Part shown: one piece after another, positions 63,556 to 64,000 of the stretch
Numbering within the stretch: the first letter of the stretch is position 1
Layout of the letters: each line of letters begins with the position of its first letter
Assembly (NCBI RefSeq): GCF_964355755.1
Contig: NC_092671.1
Span: forward strand, 2,976,001-3,040,000
Length of the DNA stretch: 64,000 bases
Direction of reading: 5' to 3'
Origin: Antedon mediterranea
Taxonomy: Eukaryota > Animalia > Echinodermata
Notes under the pieces: model-generated
Told to the model about the DNA's origin: nothing
Seen by the model: the letters and a program-made list of their open reading frames with translations, nothing else
Databases searched by the model: none
Translations under genes and position numbers: made by a program

Positions 63556-64000
63556 CAAATGATGATTTGATGAAATGGTAAACCATTCAAAGGGTATTCG
63601 TTCGAAAATTAGCCACTCCGAAATGCTTAGTTGATCCCGTCGGTCCGTCGTGTATGATTTTTTGTCGGTCCCACTTCCTGCCTCACGAGGATTCAATTGC
63701 CTCCTCAATAATAGACGTCAGAAAATCCTGGAGGTGATATGTATTATCTTCTAATGGATTCCTAGTTTTACTGTAACACAGGAGGCGACCATGGGAGACC
63801 ATACGGATCTAATAATGTAATCCCCTTCCCCCACGCGGTGCTATAGAAAAAAGGGTGGGGATATTCCGTGACGTTGCTTAGAGTTAGTAATGCGTGAGTG
63901 TCACCTCTCCCCCGTGATTGGCCAGCAATACCCCACGTGAGTATCATCTTGTTGAGGGGCCTTGTTATGACGTCGAAGGGTCCCCTTAGGGGGTGAGGGT
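63556..64000 (-). promoter_or_regulatory. Putative NAB non-coding first exon and proximal promoter
   Basis: Strong donor TTG|GTAAGT (63550-63555) and GC/CpG enrichment; EGR-like GCGTGGGGG (63828-63836), CCAAT (63917-63921), E-box CACGTG (63934-63939), CRE-like sites (63714-63720, 63968-63974). Confidence 0.6.

Overview
AT-rich, intron-rich animal DNA (invertebrate bilaterian; the species cannot be assigned from sequence). Two transcription-regulator genes lie in tandem on the minus strand. (1) A complete NAB (NGFI-A/EGR-binding corepressor) gene has 6 coding exons from 62204 to 46384 (583 aa by my exon join), a likely non-coding first exon and promoter at about 63556-64000, and a poly(A) signal near 42145. 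(2) A STAT5/STAT6-like STAT gene follows immediately downstream, with 15 coding-exon positions traced from ATG 19426 to mid-SH2 at 2130 (635 codons); its 3' end lies off the left edge. The main finding is that the 93-nt exon encoding the STAT base-contacting segment is present twice (4892-4984 VVVVSHGNQ; 4464-4556 VVVIVHGNQ). Both copies are intact and heavily diverged at synonymous sites, and a predicted 19-bp RNA stem lies between them, which suggests mutually exclusive splicing of the DNA-recognition motif. Other points of note are the co-oriented NAB-STAT linkage, a 69-bp tandem array that multiplies a STAT splice donor ten times, GAS and kappaB clusters in the putative STAT promoter, and many transposon remnants (MITEs, Sola-like and Kolobok-like nests, a Helentron-type element, LINE fragments, tRNA-derived SINE heads) and minisatellites. 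All splice sites were read by eye and no database search was run.
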